In this document: one piece after another, positions 29,152 to 42,535 of the stretch | Position numbering within the stretch: the first letter of the stretch is position 1 | Layout: the number at the start of each line of letters is the position of its first letter | The notes under the pieces: generated by a model | The model's input: the letters and a program-made list of their open reading frames with translations, nothing else | What the model was told of the DNA's origin: nothing | Database searches by the model: none | Position numbers and translations under genes: made by a program | Assembly: GCA_951406725.2 (NCBI GenBank) | Contig: OX597816.1 | Span: 28,148,001 to 28,212,000 of the forward strand | Direction of reading: 5' to 3' | From: Octopus vulgaris | Taxonomy: Eukaryota | DNA length: 64,000 nucleotides

Positions 29152-29409
29152 TTTCTATTCTTTCATTCTTTCCTTCTTTCTATCAGCCCTTTCACGCTTG
29201 CTTCGTTCATTTCACTGTTTGTTCTTTCGTTTCCCCTCTCTCACATTTCCTGGCCTTCTCTTCATGCTCACTCTCCCTCCTCTTTCACCCCATTGTCCCT
29301 TTCATTTTTTCTAACCCCCCCTCCTTAATTCTTCTATCCCCCCGCTTCTACCTCTCTCTCTTCTGTCCCCACGTGACTGGTGTTCGGCCAAGCCTGACAT
29401 TTCTTTCTT

Positions 29410-29583
29410 GATTCGACTGGAGCAATCTAGAGGATTACTAGCCGAAAGTGCAAAGATAATCTGGAAATCGACTGAGAATAGATAACTGCGAATGACCCGT
29501 CCTTGTTTTCTCTGTATTGTCTGGATGTTTTGCGATCTTGTCCCATTTTTGTATTTTTTATATAAAAAATATAGCGGTGTACG

Positions 29584-29585
<2 letters not shown>
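29410..29585 (+). mobile_element. (TA)n-associated short repeat family (also 36840-37128 on + and 60110-60425 on -)
   Basis: Shared GCAATCT..AGCCGAAA..GACTGA..CGAATG..TCTTGTCCCA blocks. Confidence 0.75.
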
Positions 29586-29637
<52 letters not shown>

Positions 29638-29671
29638 TTTGGTCTCTTATATATATATATATATATACATA

Positions 29672-29789
<118 letters not shown>

Positions 29790-30009
29790 CGGCATTAAAC
29801 AAATATATATATTCCACGGTAAAAATAGGGGTGAATATTAATTTATTTTTTCTTTGTCTTGTTTGACTACGTTTAATTGTTTATTATTATAGAAGCGGTC
29901 TACCCTAGTAGATAACACAAAACTCATGCCAGATCAGAGGAAATTTTAACAATGATAAATTGTAAAAATGAAAATAATAATATCAGTGATGATAATAATA
30001 ATAATTCGT

Positions 30010-30370
30010 TCGTTTATTGGCGACAAGGGCTAACAAAAATGAATTAAAACATAAAGGGACGAAAGTTACAAAGGGTTTTGTCCGTTTGAAAAAGTCCGTG
30101 TAGAAAAGCAGGATAACAACGAAATATAAGTAACAATTAAAACTCCCAAGAGGGGGAGGCGCTTCGAAAGTTTACTCATGGAAAAACCCATAAAAGCCAC
30201 AGGAGCCTGGTCAAAAGGCGGGTAGAGAGCCCCTTTCTCCTTTTATATTTCCTTTTAATTTTCACAGGTGTATCCTCAGAATTGGTCCGTTCATACTGGC
30301 CATTCTTGCGATATTCACCCACCTTTTAATAAACTTGCTACCAAATAATGAAAGAAGGCGTTTGGAATCC
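30010..30370 (-). mobile_element. Tx1/L1-like LINE 3' end
   Basis: FIKRWVNIARMA..NG then 3' CCTTGTCGCCAATAAA; related to 44918-45420. Clade call is tentative. Confidence 0.55.
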
Positions 30371-30479
30371 TTCCATGTCCTGATCGATGATACATCTAGT
30401 AATGGTGTCTCAGTGTAAACGCTGGCAATTGAGTAACCTGATAAATGCCACCTCATATGAATGACAATGATAAAACAGA

Positions 30480-30695
30480 ATATTGTGAATAAGAGTGGTA
30501 ATGAAACTAAAGCCCTTGCTGGGGACAGTGTTGCACTCGGCAGGCTCAGAGATACTGGTCCGATTCCAGCCTGTCGTTATCGAGCAATGAACTAGCACAC
30601 AAGGTGTAGATGGAAGAAACAAGTCAATGCTGTAGTCATGGACTGTTATTACCTGAACAATCGCGTAAACGAAAATGGTTCTCCTGTAACAGGAG
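30480..30695 (+). mobile_element. R4-type LINE ORF N-terminal fragment
   Basis: RCRWKKQVNAVVMDCYYL resembles the R4 R.KW...N..VMECYY motif. Confidence 0.55.
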
Positions 30696-30789
30696 GGCCT
30701 CATCTCTATTATCCTCCCCGCCATTTTTTAAAACCTTTGTATTCTATGCATATGTCCCTTTTTTCAGTGCATACCGTGTACACTTAGAT

Positions 30790-31112
30790 AACTTAGATAT
30801 GTTTCGACCAAAGATTGGTCCAGGCCATGTTTAACTTAATAGCACCACCTGATAGGATTATTCGAATCCTGTTTAAGTCAAGTTTTGTTTAAGTCAAGTT
30901 TTGTTCAAGTAGTGAGTTCTTGTTGGGTGAGTTGTATCAAGTTTTGTTCAAGTACTGAGTTCTTGTTGGGTGAGTTGTATCCAATTATGGGTGGCTTATC
31001 TGGTATTCTTTGAAGGAATCTATCCAGACTCCGTTTAAAGTTGATGGGATCCTTTTCCTCTTTGATCTCCCTCGGGACAATGTTAAATAGGGCAGGGCCT
31101 GTTATCTTTCCA
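30790..31112 (-). mobile_element. CR1/L2-group LINE 3' end with internal tandem duplications
   Basis: GPALFNIVPREIK..FKRSLDRFLQRIPDKP; 43-bp and 16-bp direct duplications at about 30870-30981. Confidence 0.75.
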
Positions 31113-31188
31113 TTATTATGTGTAGACCCCAACACTTTATGTCTGTCTCTGTATTGTCCCCCCTCATCCTTCGCCCTTGTGGCAAATG

Positions 31189-31246
<58 letters not shown>

Positions 31247-31256
31247 GTTATTGTTA

Positions 31257-31354
<98 letters not shown>

Positions 31355-31378
31355 ATCATCATTATTATTATTATTATC

Positions 31379-31454
<76 letters not shown>

Positions 31455-31458
<4 letters not shown>

Positions 31459-31831
31459 TAGTTTTATTTTTATAGCGTGCTTTCACTTCACTACCGAGCG
31501 CAGCTCTGTGTGCCTTGGGTATGTGCTGTGATTTGTTGTGATGCTCTGATGGTTATTGTATGGAAAGTGTTCTGCGTAGGATGTGTGCAGTGCCTAGTAG
31601 TGCAATTTTCTGTATGTTATATGTGTTTGTAAGTCCTGGTGTTTTTGTTATGTATTTGTCTGAATATTTTTTTATCATGCCTAATGCACCTACTATGATA
31701 GGAATTGTTTCTGTTTTCAGGTTCCACATTCTAGTTATCTCTATTTCCAGGTCTTTGTATTTTGAGAGTTTCTCCATTTCTTTTAGAGACACGTTGTCAT
31801 CTGCCGGTATTGATACATCAATTAGAAAGCA

Positions 31832-31835
<4 letters not shown>
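31455..31835 (-). mobile_element. R4/Dong-type LINE 3' end flanked by (ATT)n on both sides
   Basis: CFLIDVSIP.D.NV..KE.EKLSKYKDLEIEI.RMW...PIIVGALG...IQKIALLGTAHILRRTLS; same family as 725-1240. Confidence 0.92.
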
Positions 31836-31927
<92 letters not shown>

Positions 31928-32193
31928 GTCTATATCTGCGCATATTTGTTCGAGGTATTCTTCCATCTGTGTATGTGTCGCTGCATATATGCGCTTGGTT
32001 TCTGCTAATACAGAGCAATATAACAACGTAATCCTGGTGGTTACTGACAAAATCTTGTCTACGACTACAAATTGTAAACTTTTTTCATTCACCTCCCCAA
32101 AGTTGTGTGCGGTCTATAAGGCGTTCCTCTTTGTTCCTTAAGGAGAACGAAAAGTAATGGGCCAATTTCGTCAAAATCCTAATCAAAGATTGC

Positions 32194-32619
32194 GGATCTT
32201 TTCGGTTTGAACGGCAGTTTTTTCTAGCGGTGTCATATGAAATTGTCACACATAATTATGACCATATATCGATCTATTGCATTTCGATCTATTTTAGTGT
32301 TAGGGTTAGTTAGGGTTAGGGGTGGGGGAAGGGTATTCTTTTTTCTTCAGAAATGTAAATAAACCCAATCTGTTTCTTAAACGAGGGACATATTCATACG
32401 GCACAGAATGCTTTTTAACTCAATAGACGTTACTGATTGGTTGAAATTTCAGAAATTGAAGAAAAAACAACAACAAATATCTTACAAACTATTGAATTTT
32501 CTCAATAAAGCCAAAAGAAAAAGATGTTTTATAAATACATTCTACCAGTACACGAAGTTTAAAATTTTTTAGTTACCTAGAAATTATGGTAAAAACTGCC
32601 GTTCAAACCGAAAAGATCC
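32194..32619. mobile_element. MITE with perfect 29-bp TIRs and an 8-bp TSD
   Basis: TIR GGATCTTTTCGGTTTGAACGGCAGTTTTT at both ends; TSD AAGATTGC at 32186-32193 and 32620-32627. Confidence 0.95.
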
Positions 32620-33195
32620 AAGATTGCCTTCCTTGGATTTCCCCAAGATTTCCTCTGCTTTTGTTATTCTTAGTGTTGATGTGGCTGTTTATGTTGTTAT
32701 TACTGATCTAGTTACTGTTTTGTCGTCAGTTGTAGCTGCTTCTGTTTTCGTTGTCTGTTGTTTTTGTTGCCAAGAATCCACGCTCGCCGGACAAGATTAT
32801 TGACATTTGTTCCAGCTTTGTCTTGTGAGTTCAAATGCCGCCAAGGTGGATTTTTAAAAATTCTTCCTCATTTGATAATAAAATAAGATATCACTCAAGT
32901 CTTAAAGTCGATATAATCGATTAACGCTTCCCTTAATTTCAGACCTTGTTGCTACATTAGAAAGAAAAAATATTATTATTACTGAAGTAATAATAATATG
33001 AAGTATGTACGAGTCGTCGTGAATATTTGTACGCGTTTATGAGTGAGAGATCGTGATAGAGAAAAAGACGTAGATAGATAAACAGACAGATAAATAGATG
33101 GATATATATATATACATACACACACGCATATATACATATATGCATATAAAAAATATATGCATGCATGTATGTATGTATGTATGTATGTATATATG

Positions 33196-33692
33196 ACCAG
33201 TTTAGAAATAGGAGATAAATTCCTAATACAACCGCTGGAAGGCACCAGTTAACAGCTAAATAATTAAGACATTAAAAAATATATCTTTAAATAATTTGGC
33301 ATTCAAATACTCATATGCCAGAGAACCGGGTTCTGGCCCGAAGGGCCACAACTTTCTTCGCTATGAATCACTGGAAAAAATTCGAAGTCCATTATGTTAT
33401 ATATCTGCCATCGAATGTCTTTGCTCATATATAACCGGCTTGGCGCAATACAAGCCATAACACTGGCGAACTTAAAATTTTTGCCAGTGACTCATACTGA
33501 AGAAAGTTCAGGCACGAAGGGCCTGAACCCGAAACAATGGTATATGATTATTTGAATTGCATATTCTTTAAAAGTATGTTTTTTAAACGTCTTAATTCTT
33601 TAGCCGTTTATTCGCTTACAGGTTTTTTTTCTATTAATTTGTGCCTTGCAGCGGTTGTATTAGGTGTTCGGCTCCTATTTTGAAACAGGTCG
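33196..33692. repeat. About 500-bp diverged inverted repeat (foldback)
   Basis: CCTAATACAACCGCTG.AAGGCAC pairs with GTGCCTT.CAGCGGTTGTATTAGG; the complementarity continues inward. Confidence 0.85.
33492..33547 (+). ncRNA. Type I hammerhead ribozyme motif
   Basis: Stem I TCATA/TATGA, core CTGAAGA, stem II GTTCAGGC/GCCTGAAC, GAAAC-aatg-GTA; predicted cleavage after 33542. Confidence 0.7.
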
Positions 33693-33877
33693 ATGCTTTT
33701 CCCGCATTCTTATGCCTTGGGCTAACTTTAAATTTTATAGCTATATAATGATATTAGACCTGTTTAACCGCCTGTGTTAGTGCTGTTAATATTATCAATT
33801 AATAATATTCAGCGCAGATGATATTATCAATAGTAAATTCTTACTTTGAGTGTAAACAATCGAATGTTTTTGCCCAT

Positions 33878-33938
<61 letters not shown>

Positions 33939-35538
33939 AGAGAAAGAGAGAGAGAACTAGAAATCACTTTTTGTGTGAGAAAGTTTGTGGCCTTGTATAT
34001 CTGCCATTAAGCCTAATTTTAATCAAAATTGTCGGTGTAACCCACACTTCGCACCGTCCTTCAACTTCGTAAGGAAGACCGTTCCACCGTAGAGAAAGTT
34101 GCTTATGCCTGTGTGGCTATTTTCTCTTAAACAGACGGTTTACACCTGTAGCTACGAATGGAAATAATCAAAACGACGTATGAGACAGCTTGCTTAAGTA
34201 ATGTATTTTTAAAGATTTCTTTCATTTTGTGACTGTCAATGTTGTAGCCATGGGTGATTTGAGGATCTCTAATATTTGTAGGTGGAATAGAATTATCTTC
34301 AGATTGTGTTCCTATAACTGAGTGTCCTAGCTAAAAGCACATCACAAGCTGTGATGTGGTGTCAAATCGAATGACAAATTAAGTATACAAACAAAAATAC
34401 AAACGACTTCCAGAATCGTCATTCAAATACTTTCTGTCCAGGAAATTTTGCTCAAACGGGACTAAGCTACGACAGATAACGCATACCTGGAGAGTTGTAT
34501 AGAGTGATCTAATTTAAAACATCATATTTTCGTAGCGAATTTCTCAGCATCACACCGATGTCCCAATGAATAAAACAAGACAATATAGAACATCTTTACT
34601 ACTAACATTTCTCTCGTGGTTATAACAAGAATTCCTTTTATTGATGTAATAATGTCTACACTTAGTTAGATTTCTCTTTCATACTGTTACAGCTAAAGAT
34701 GTCGAAATTCCGATATTGTGTGGGAAACAAGAAACCTGTAACTTTTTAATGTTTTGACAGACAGACGATGATATATATGGATCCATATTATTTCTTTCTA
34801 GTCAAACAATAGAGTTTTCGATTGTTAGCTTTAGGCAACAAATAAGTATAAATACAGAAATATATAAACAACATATTTCTTAAGTTCTTTGCGACCACTC
34901 ACTATTTCGATAAACCAGACCAATCTGTTTATCGATAGGAACCCAGAGAAGTATATATTTCAAACAAATACCATTCTTAACAATATAGAAGGAAGATAGT
35001 GCTACATTTTAACGTAAATTAGAATGGTTCTATATAGACGACGCTTCAAAAGAAGGACCTCATTCTGAGATAAAGATAGTTTTAAAATAAGATATTTAAG
35101 AAATGTAAAGTTCTATATGTTTACAGTTAAAGCAAGAAATATGTAGTGTAGTTATATATATGCGTGTAAGTCATATAAAGATTTATCAGTTTCCTCGTGT
35201 ATATGTATTAAAGCACATATGTATAAATGCATGTGCATCGTACAAAGAATGAATCGATTATAAATATTTATGAAAGCCCGAGATGTACAGTAGCTAATAT
35301 CACAGAAATATATACAAGCATTTATGTAAGTAGTATGCTTTGTCAACAAACGAGATCATAAAAGATGTAATGGCGGCTAGAAGTATCAAAGATAGTATAT
35401 CGATGAGAGAAAAACAAAACAAACAGGATCAAACGCAAGCACAAATACATACACATACATACGTACATACAATCATACATATATACATACACATACCCCA
35501 TCCATCCATCCATCCATCCATCCATCCATCCATCCATC

Positions 35539-35569
<31 letters not shown>

Positions 35570-35613
35570 TTATATATATTATATATGTATATATATTTAC
35601 ATATATCATGAAT

Positions 35614-35770
<157 letters not shown>

Positions 35771-36033
35771 ATTTGCGTCGTTTTTAAGCGTCTATGTGAG
35801 CGTGTATCTCGATACTTATTTGGTGTATATGTTGTGTGTCTATACCTGCACACACAAACACACACACACAAATAAACACACACAAACAAGCACACACGCA
35901 CATGTATAAATACAGAAATGTAACAAAACCTACCAAAACTTGAAACTCCTAATGATATTTGTATATAAATGTGTGTATATATAGATATATATATGTTTAC
36001 CATTATATATATGAACTGTATTTCTGTGTGTTG

Positions 36034-36072
<39 letters not shown>

Positions 36073-36084
36073 TGTGCGTGTGTG

Positions 36085-36129
<45 letters not shown>

Positions 36130-36774
36130 ATATATGTATGTTTGTATATAGTTGTGTGTGTTTGTTTGTATGTGTGTGTAATGAACGGGGAAAATATATG
36201 TATACTCATGCATAATGGAAAGAATATATATTTTTTATGCGAATATAATGTTAGTGAAATATAGTTAAATACGAATAAAATGAGGGGCTAAATCGATAAA
36301 TCTAAGTGAGAAAAAGTTTAGAAAAACATAAGAAATGCAATAACATTGAACGAAATGTATTGGAAAGGAATACAGAAAATATAATGATATAAGGCTACCA
36401 TTTAAATGTTCTTATGGTCACTGCTAGTAATGAAATGTAAATTATAACTATGAAATCCCCACCCAGCTGTTGAAGCAGACAGCTTCTGTTGAAATAGTAT
36501 TGTAAATGATTTATTGATGCCAAATCTCACGAACGAAATATATCTCTTGTATCATTACAGTTCCATCAAGGACAAACTCACCCCCACACTCTCTCTCCCT
36601 ATCTGTGCACACACAAACAAACAGACACATTTATATAACAGGGTAATGCCCTTTGTACGGTGGGGGGGGTTAGGAAAGTCAGTACAAGTAGAAAAGTACG
36701 AAAAGGTATAAGAAGGTTTTATTTTCTATAAATATTTATGGATATAGAAGTATATGCATAGACTGACAGACAGA

Positions 36775-36823
<49 letters not shown>

Positions 36824-36839
36824 TACATATATAAGTATA

Positions 36840-37125
36840 TCATTATTGTTTTTACATATTTTTGTATTTTTATTCGTGTAACATCGTCCGTTTTTCCGTC
36901 CTTGTTTTGTATACATTCGAGGCTTTCTTCCAAGGAATCTAATGCGCTTGGCTTAGATTTTCCTTTGAGGCTGGCCGGATCGGAACAATCTCAAGATTAA
37001 TCAGCCGAAATTGCGAAGATGATCCGGTTCTTGACTGAAGATTGAAGGCTTCGAATGTCCCGTCCGTGTTTTTTGTATTGTCTTCTAAATGTTTCACGTT
37101 CTTGTCCCAGTTTGTATTTTTTTAC

Positions 37126-37128
<3 letters not shown>
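36840..37128 (+). mobile_element. (TA)n-associated short repeat family copy
   Basis: Reverse complement of 60110-60425 (TTCTTCCAAGGAATCTAATGC..AATCAGCCGAAAT). Confidence 0.8.
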
Positions 37129-37176
<48 letters not shown>

Positions 37177-37198
37177 CATACATACATACATACATACA

Positions 37199-37306
<108 letters not shown>

Positions 37307-38540
37307 GAAATGTAGATGGAAATATCGATAGATAGATTACACTATATATGGCATGTGACCTAGAGCGAGCCTTCTTGCTGGATGTTATACTTTATTTTCT
37401 TTTTTGTGTGACAACTATCGAATCATAGATTAATCATCAAAGTTTTTAATGCCATAATTTCTTTAATGCTGGTTAGAGTCTATAAAATCTCATGGAAGCA
37501 ATAAATGGATGTCCATGCATCTAGCTCATTACTGCTGGTCAGCCTTACTGTTTATCTTCCAATGAGTTGTGCCGCTAAACTTGAGTCTCACCGCATCCAT
37601 CTCACTTGCAGGTATCCGGTTGAAAAAGAATATTTTTTGCAGTGCCGAGGTTGTTGCAATATATGCGTTACAGCTGAGTGGAAGTACCCTCATAGAAGTA
37701 CCCCTTCACTCCATGTCGAGAGTGTCTCTTAGTTGATCCTGTGTCCCGCTCCAGAGAGACAAGTCGCATGTTTATTCCAACGTTGGTATGTCTTCTTTTT
37801 CTCTATTAAGTTTTTAGATTCTTTTCATTGATTACCACCCATACTGATCACACACTAAATCAATTTTAAATATAGCTGTCTAATTCTGTTAGACGCTTAC
37901 TGCTATAATAGTATTTTCTGTTTGTTTTCTTAATAACTATATATACGTGTAGGACTCTATAGTTTTTTTCTGCTAGAGAACGTGATGTTTGTATATGTTA
38001 GACACGTGTGTCTGATTTTTTTTGGTTTAAATTTTGATTTGTGTCTGGCTTTTTCTACTTATTTTTAAATATATCCGGTAGCCAAATTAGTTTTTAGATT
38101 TTTTTGCATAAATAGACTAGTATACACATTGACATGTCCTTCGTTTTCATTTCTTTTAATTTTTCCCTTTTACAAGTAATTTGTAATTATCCGGTTAAAT
38201 TTTCCGTTTTACCCCCATTTCTTCTTCCTTCTTGATTTTTATTAATAACCTTTTTATGCTTTTGTCCCTTAAAATACTTCACACTGACGAAAATGACTAT
38301 ATACTAACTTGAACTATAAGTATTATATATGTTTCTTTATACAATTCCATTCGAAATCAAGGTTGGATGACAGCGTGCATACACATATACAAATGAATAC
38401 ATACTAATAAATAAAAAGTTACGTGCAGATAAGATGACACTGATTTAAAAGAAAGTCCTCGAATGAATCAAAACAATGAAAAACATCTTTCGGCCGTTTC
38501 AGGGAACGTGAGAAGACAGAAACACGTAATTCCAGCTATC

Positions 38541-38926
38541 TGGAAGCACTCCGTCGGTTACGACGACGAGGGTTCCGGTTGATCCGAATCAACGGAACAG
38601 CCTGCCCCTAAAATTAACGTGTAAGTGGCTGAGCACTCCACAGACACGTGTACCCTTAACGTAGTTCTCGGGGATATTCAGCGTGACACAGAGAGTGACA
38701 AGGCCGGCCCTTTGAAATACAGGTACAACAGAAACAGGAAGTAAGTGTGAGAGAAAGTTGTGGTGAAAGAGTACAGCAGGGATCACCACCATCCCCTGCC
38801 GGAGCCTCGTGGAGCTTTAGGTGTCTTTCGCTCAATAAACACTCACAACGCCCAGTCCGGGAATCGAAACCGCGATCCTGTGACCGCGAGTCCGCTGCTC
38901 TATCCACCAAGCCATTGCGCCTCCAC
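38541..38926 (-). mobile_element. tRNA-derived SINE family C with a 13-bp TSD
   Basis: Head GGAGGCGCAATGGCTTGGTGG..GGTTTCGATTCCC (A and B boxes); TSD AATTCCAGCTATC at 38528-38540 and 38927-38939. Confidence 0.92.
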
Positions 38927-38939
38927 AATTCCAGCTATC

Positions 38940-40140
38940 ATGAAGCGCAGGGAAAGGTTTTAACGAAATAAATGGGCCAAATCTGGTCCAGTAGATTTTT
39001 CAGTTTAATGTCTTTTTCAAGACATTTATCAACTATTGTTTTTCCATTTCTGCAAATCCGCGCTGTTTGCTGCTATCTCTTTTAACCATTGTGATTCTCT
39101 TCGAGACTCTAAACGTGTCATTTGAATCCCTTTAACTCTTCTTTGCGTTCACTGTGTCATCTACATTTAGTTCCTTGCAAAATTTTGATCGCTTTGCACT
39201 GTTCAATTATGTTATTGTGTCGCTTTTATCCTTTGTATTATTTCTTTCGTTACTCACCAATATCCTTTTTGTACTTCCTTTTCATTGCTTCATTTAATCT
39301 TATTGTTTATCTTATCCACGTTGTTAAGAATCTCTGCCTTCCAGAAATCTTATCGCACCTGGTCTACCTGTCCCTGCAATTGCTTCTTCCGTTCCTCTTT
39401 CTCTCTATTGTGATATATTAACTCCGAGTCTTTCGATTTCTTCCACTGCTGCAACATACATTAAGTTGTTTGTCATTACTTTTGATCTTGATCAAGTCTG
39501 TTAGCTCTCTGTATCTCTTTCACTATTACTTTTCTGACTGGGTAATATCAGCTAGTGCACCATCAATAACCAGGTCTTCGTCAGAAAAGATATGTCTTTG
39601 TTTCCTCCTGCACAGTTATGGGTCTCTCGATGCATGGTTTCTGAACCTCCATGCCTCTGCTTTCATTCTCATTGACATATAACTATATATGTTATATATA
39701 TAAAATAGCCATAACTATATGTTATATATATAAAATAGCCATAACTATATGTTATATATATAAAATAGCCATAACTATATGTTATATATATACAATAGCC
39801 ATAACTATATGTTATATATATATAAAATAGCCATAACTATGTTATATATATATAAAATAGCCATAACTTATATGGCTACTTTTCGATTTGTGTTTCTGTT
39901 TCTTTTCTATCTGTCTTACATTGTCACTTACTCTCTTTCGGGTTACATCAACCATTCCCTTTTCAAACCATATATCTCTCATTATGTCCATAGAATCAAA
40001 TCTTCTAGGGGCACCGCGGATGTTCATTTCCATCGCAGTAGCATTCAGTCTGCCGCAGTTGATCTTTACTCCTGTCTTTCGTACAGCAGTAGCTTCATGA
40101 GCGGCCCTACACTACTCATCACTTGTGAGTACACAAGTAA
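38940..40140 (-). mobile_element. R4-type LINE 5'/middle ORF relic
   Basis: MRDIWFEKGMVDVTRKRVSDNVRQIEKK (R4 N-terminal region) and KSTGPDL (pre-RT motif). Confidence 0.65.
39679..39878. repeat. Minisatellite, about 30-32-bp unit, 6 copies plus a partial
   Basis: Unit ATAACTATATGTTATATATATAAAATAGCC. Confidence 0.95.
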
Positions 40141-41299
40141 ATAATTGTATTGAGTCTGATGTTTCTGAATATATAATACAAGGTCCGGTGTTTATATTGA
40201 AATGAAAAAAAGAAGGAAGGAAACACCAAGACATCATTTTGTAGCCAAGGAGGATTTAAGGTAGGAAGAAAAGGTATCAACATCTAAGTTGAAGAAATGT
40301 TGAAGAAATGCGGTAGACCACCTGCCGGGTGAGAGGTCTTTAGGGTTATCAGTTCCAGCCTCAGTCACACTGTTGCACAATATATTTTTATTTGACATTT
40401 CTACTGAAAGTGACGGCTGTTGTGATGAGGTGACGCAACTACAGGTGTTTTTCTTTTATTGAGACAGCATCTCTAGTGTGTTTGCCGACCAATGCTAAAG
40501 AGGCACCTCAACCTCACGAGACAGACTCAATCTCGCCTGACACCATCTAGTTATGGTTGAAGGTAATCTTATTTCCACGTCGTGTCACCTCGACCCGATG
40601 CATTTTAATACAGGACAAGTTATTATTAGTATTATTACTTGTTTAGTAGTCTGTGGTCTGTAGCTAAAATAGTTGAATGATCTATCTTGCAGAAAGTTTT
40701 ATTGAGTAATCTCCCTTTAATAAGTTTCTCGAAACAATGACGTCATGAAGTAATTCTTAATTATTAAAGAAGCTTCGCGTTTCACTTGGAAGTTTCTAGA
40801 ATGTCTAGCGTTCAATTAATAAACACAGCTTACTTGCCCTGCTATTTGCTTCTTAGTCAATTAGACTTTGAGCCATTCACGACGTTGCTATGCCTGTCTA
40901 TTTCTCTATGCCACATGACTGAAAACCACCACTTAGCTGATGTTTCTATATTTCTGAACTTTCTTGCATAGACTACTTCATTCAACTAGACTAGATTCTC
41001 CATTTAGATTATGGTTCATCGACAACCAATGAAGGAAAAATATTTTTATGTAGTAAATATAGTTCTTAAATTTATTCTTTTTCTCTGTAAGAATTCTTCT
41101 AATAATATACACTCAGTCATTTCAATAATTGATACTGAACATATATTCTCACCATATAAATTGGTAACTAACCGACCAGAGAATAATTTAGTTATATTTA
41201 GTTAGATTCTAATACTTTCCATTTCACAATTTTCTTCAACTTAATTATCATCAACTCATACGACGATGATATATGCTGTGAATCATAGAGTAATATCAA

Positions 41300-42530
41300 T
41301 TTTTAAGGGAGATATCGCTGTTTGGTTTTGCCCAGTTAGAAGCATTTTTCTCGGCAAACACAATTCAGACCAACAGCAGCTCTACAGTGTACTTAGCTCT
41401 ATACCACCAAGATTAATTGGAGTGTTGCGCTACTGCTCCACCGGCAGATGCAACCTATTCATCAATCAAAAATGAAATTTTATGATGAACTTCGCTTTCT
41501 TCCGTAAAGAAGTTTCAGAAACTACTAGCATTTAGGAGACAGAACGCCATCGCAAATGCTCAGAAAATGCGCCAGCTCACAAAGGGCAACCCTGCTGAAA
41601 GTACGTTGCTTAAACAACTCTTTTCTCTAGATTACCACAGTATATTCAAGATATGCTCGCCCATTTGACTGCTGTTAGCACACGCGACCAACTTGCAGCA
41701 TCGACAGTAACATCTGGGAGTTTATAAAATCTACTCCAGAACAGAACAACTCTCCTTTGTCGGTTGCAACAGTTTCTTCTAAATTCAAAGACTTTTGTGA
41801 ATCTTCACAGAGGACTATAGATCAGCTAGTCGCAGAAATTCGTCTTTTCCGTATCAATAGAAGTTCTTCACCTTGTCGCTATCGTCGTTCTAATTCCCGA
41901 TCTCCCAGCAGATTGAAACCTTTTTGCTGGTATCTTATAATTTTGGTTCTGCAGCTAGGAAATGTATTTCACCTTGTACATTTGAAACTGTTGAAAACTA
42001 AAACGCCCAACTCCGAGCGTGACCGCCGTTCCTGCCATATTTTCTCCTAGTCGTGCAATTTTCATACTAGATTTCAGGTCTAAGGAGGAACTTCTAGTCG
42101 ATTCCGGAGCGTCCTGCAGTATATGGCCGTCTAAATTTGTCAAAGACAAACTTTTCGCTTCTGGTATATCTCTTCAAGCAGTCAACAGCTCTCTTATTAA
42201 AACTTTCGGTGAGATTTCACTCACACTGGACCTGAAACTCAGACGAGGTTTCCAGTAGGTTTATATCACTGCTGACCTTCCTCACCCAATTTTAGGAGTT
42301 GATTTTCTCCATCATTTTTCGCTATTACTGGATGTCAAAAGAAAAAGACTTATTGAAAGCAATACATTTCAAGACATTTCAATTCCATTTCTCACAGCCC
42401 ACTATTTTTTATTGCAAATCAAACAAGATGAATATCGATTCTTGCCTCAGTCCTTTCCTAAATTAACTAATTTAACATTCAATGCCAATGCTTTAGCACA
42501 TACAACTACTCCTCATGTAGCCACCAATGG
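41300..42530 (+). mobile_element. Ty3/Gypsy (CsRn1-like) gag-protease relic
   Basis: LGDRTPSQMLR, a CHCC-type FCWY...FGSAARKCISPC motif, protease LLVDSGASCS and ADLPHPILGVDFL. Confidence 0.85.
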
Positions 42531-42535
42531 ATCTC

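Noticed and set aside
31553-32092. 179-aa protein
   Set aside because: Chance read-through of two LINE fragments across an (ATT)n tract.
38850-38926. tRNA gene
   Set aside because: It is the head of a 386-bp SINE bounded by a 13-bp TSD.
39679-39878. CRISPR-like array of about 30-bp repeats
   Set aside because: No unique spacers, no cas genes, eukaryotic context; it is a minisatellite.
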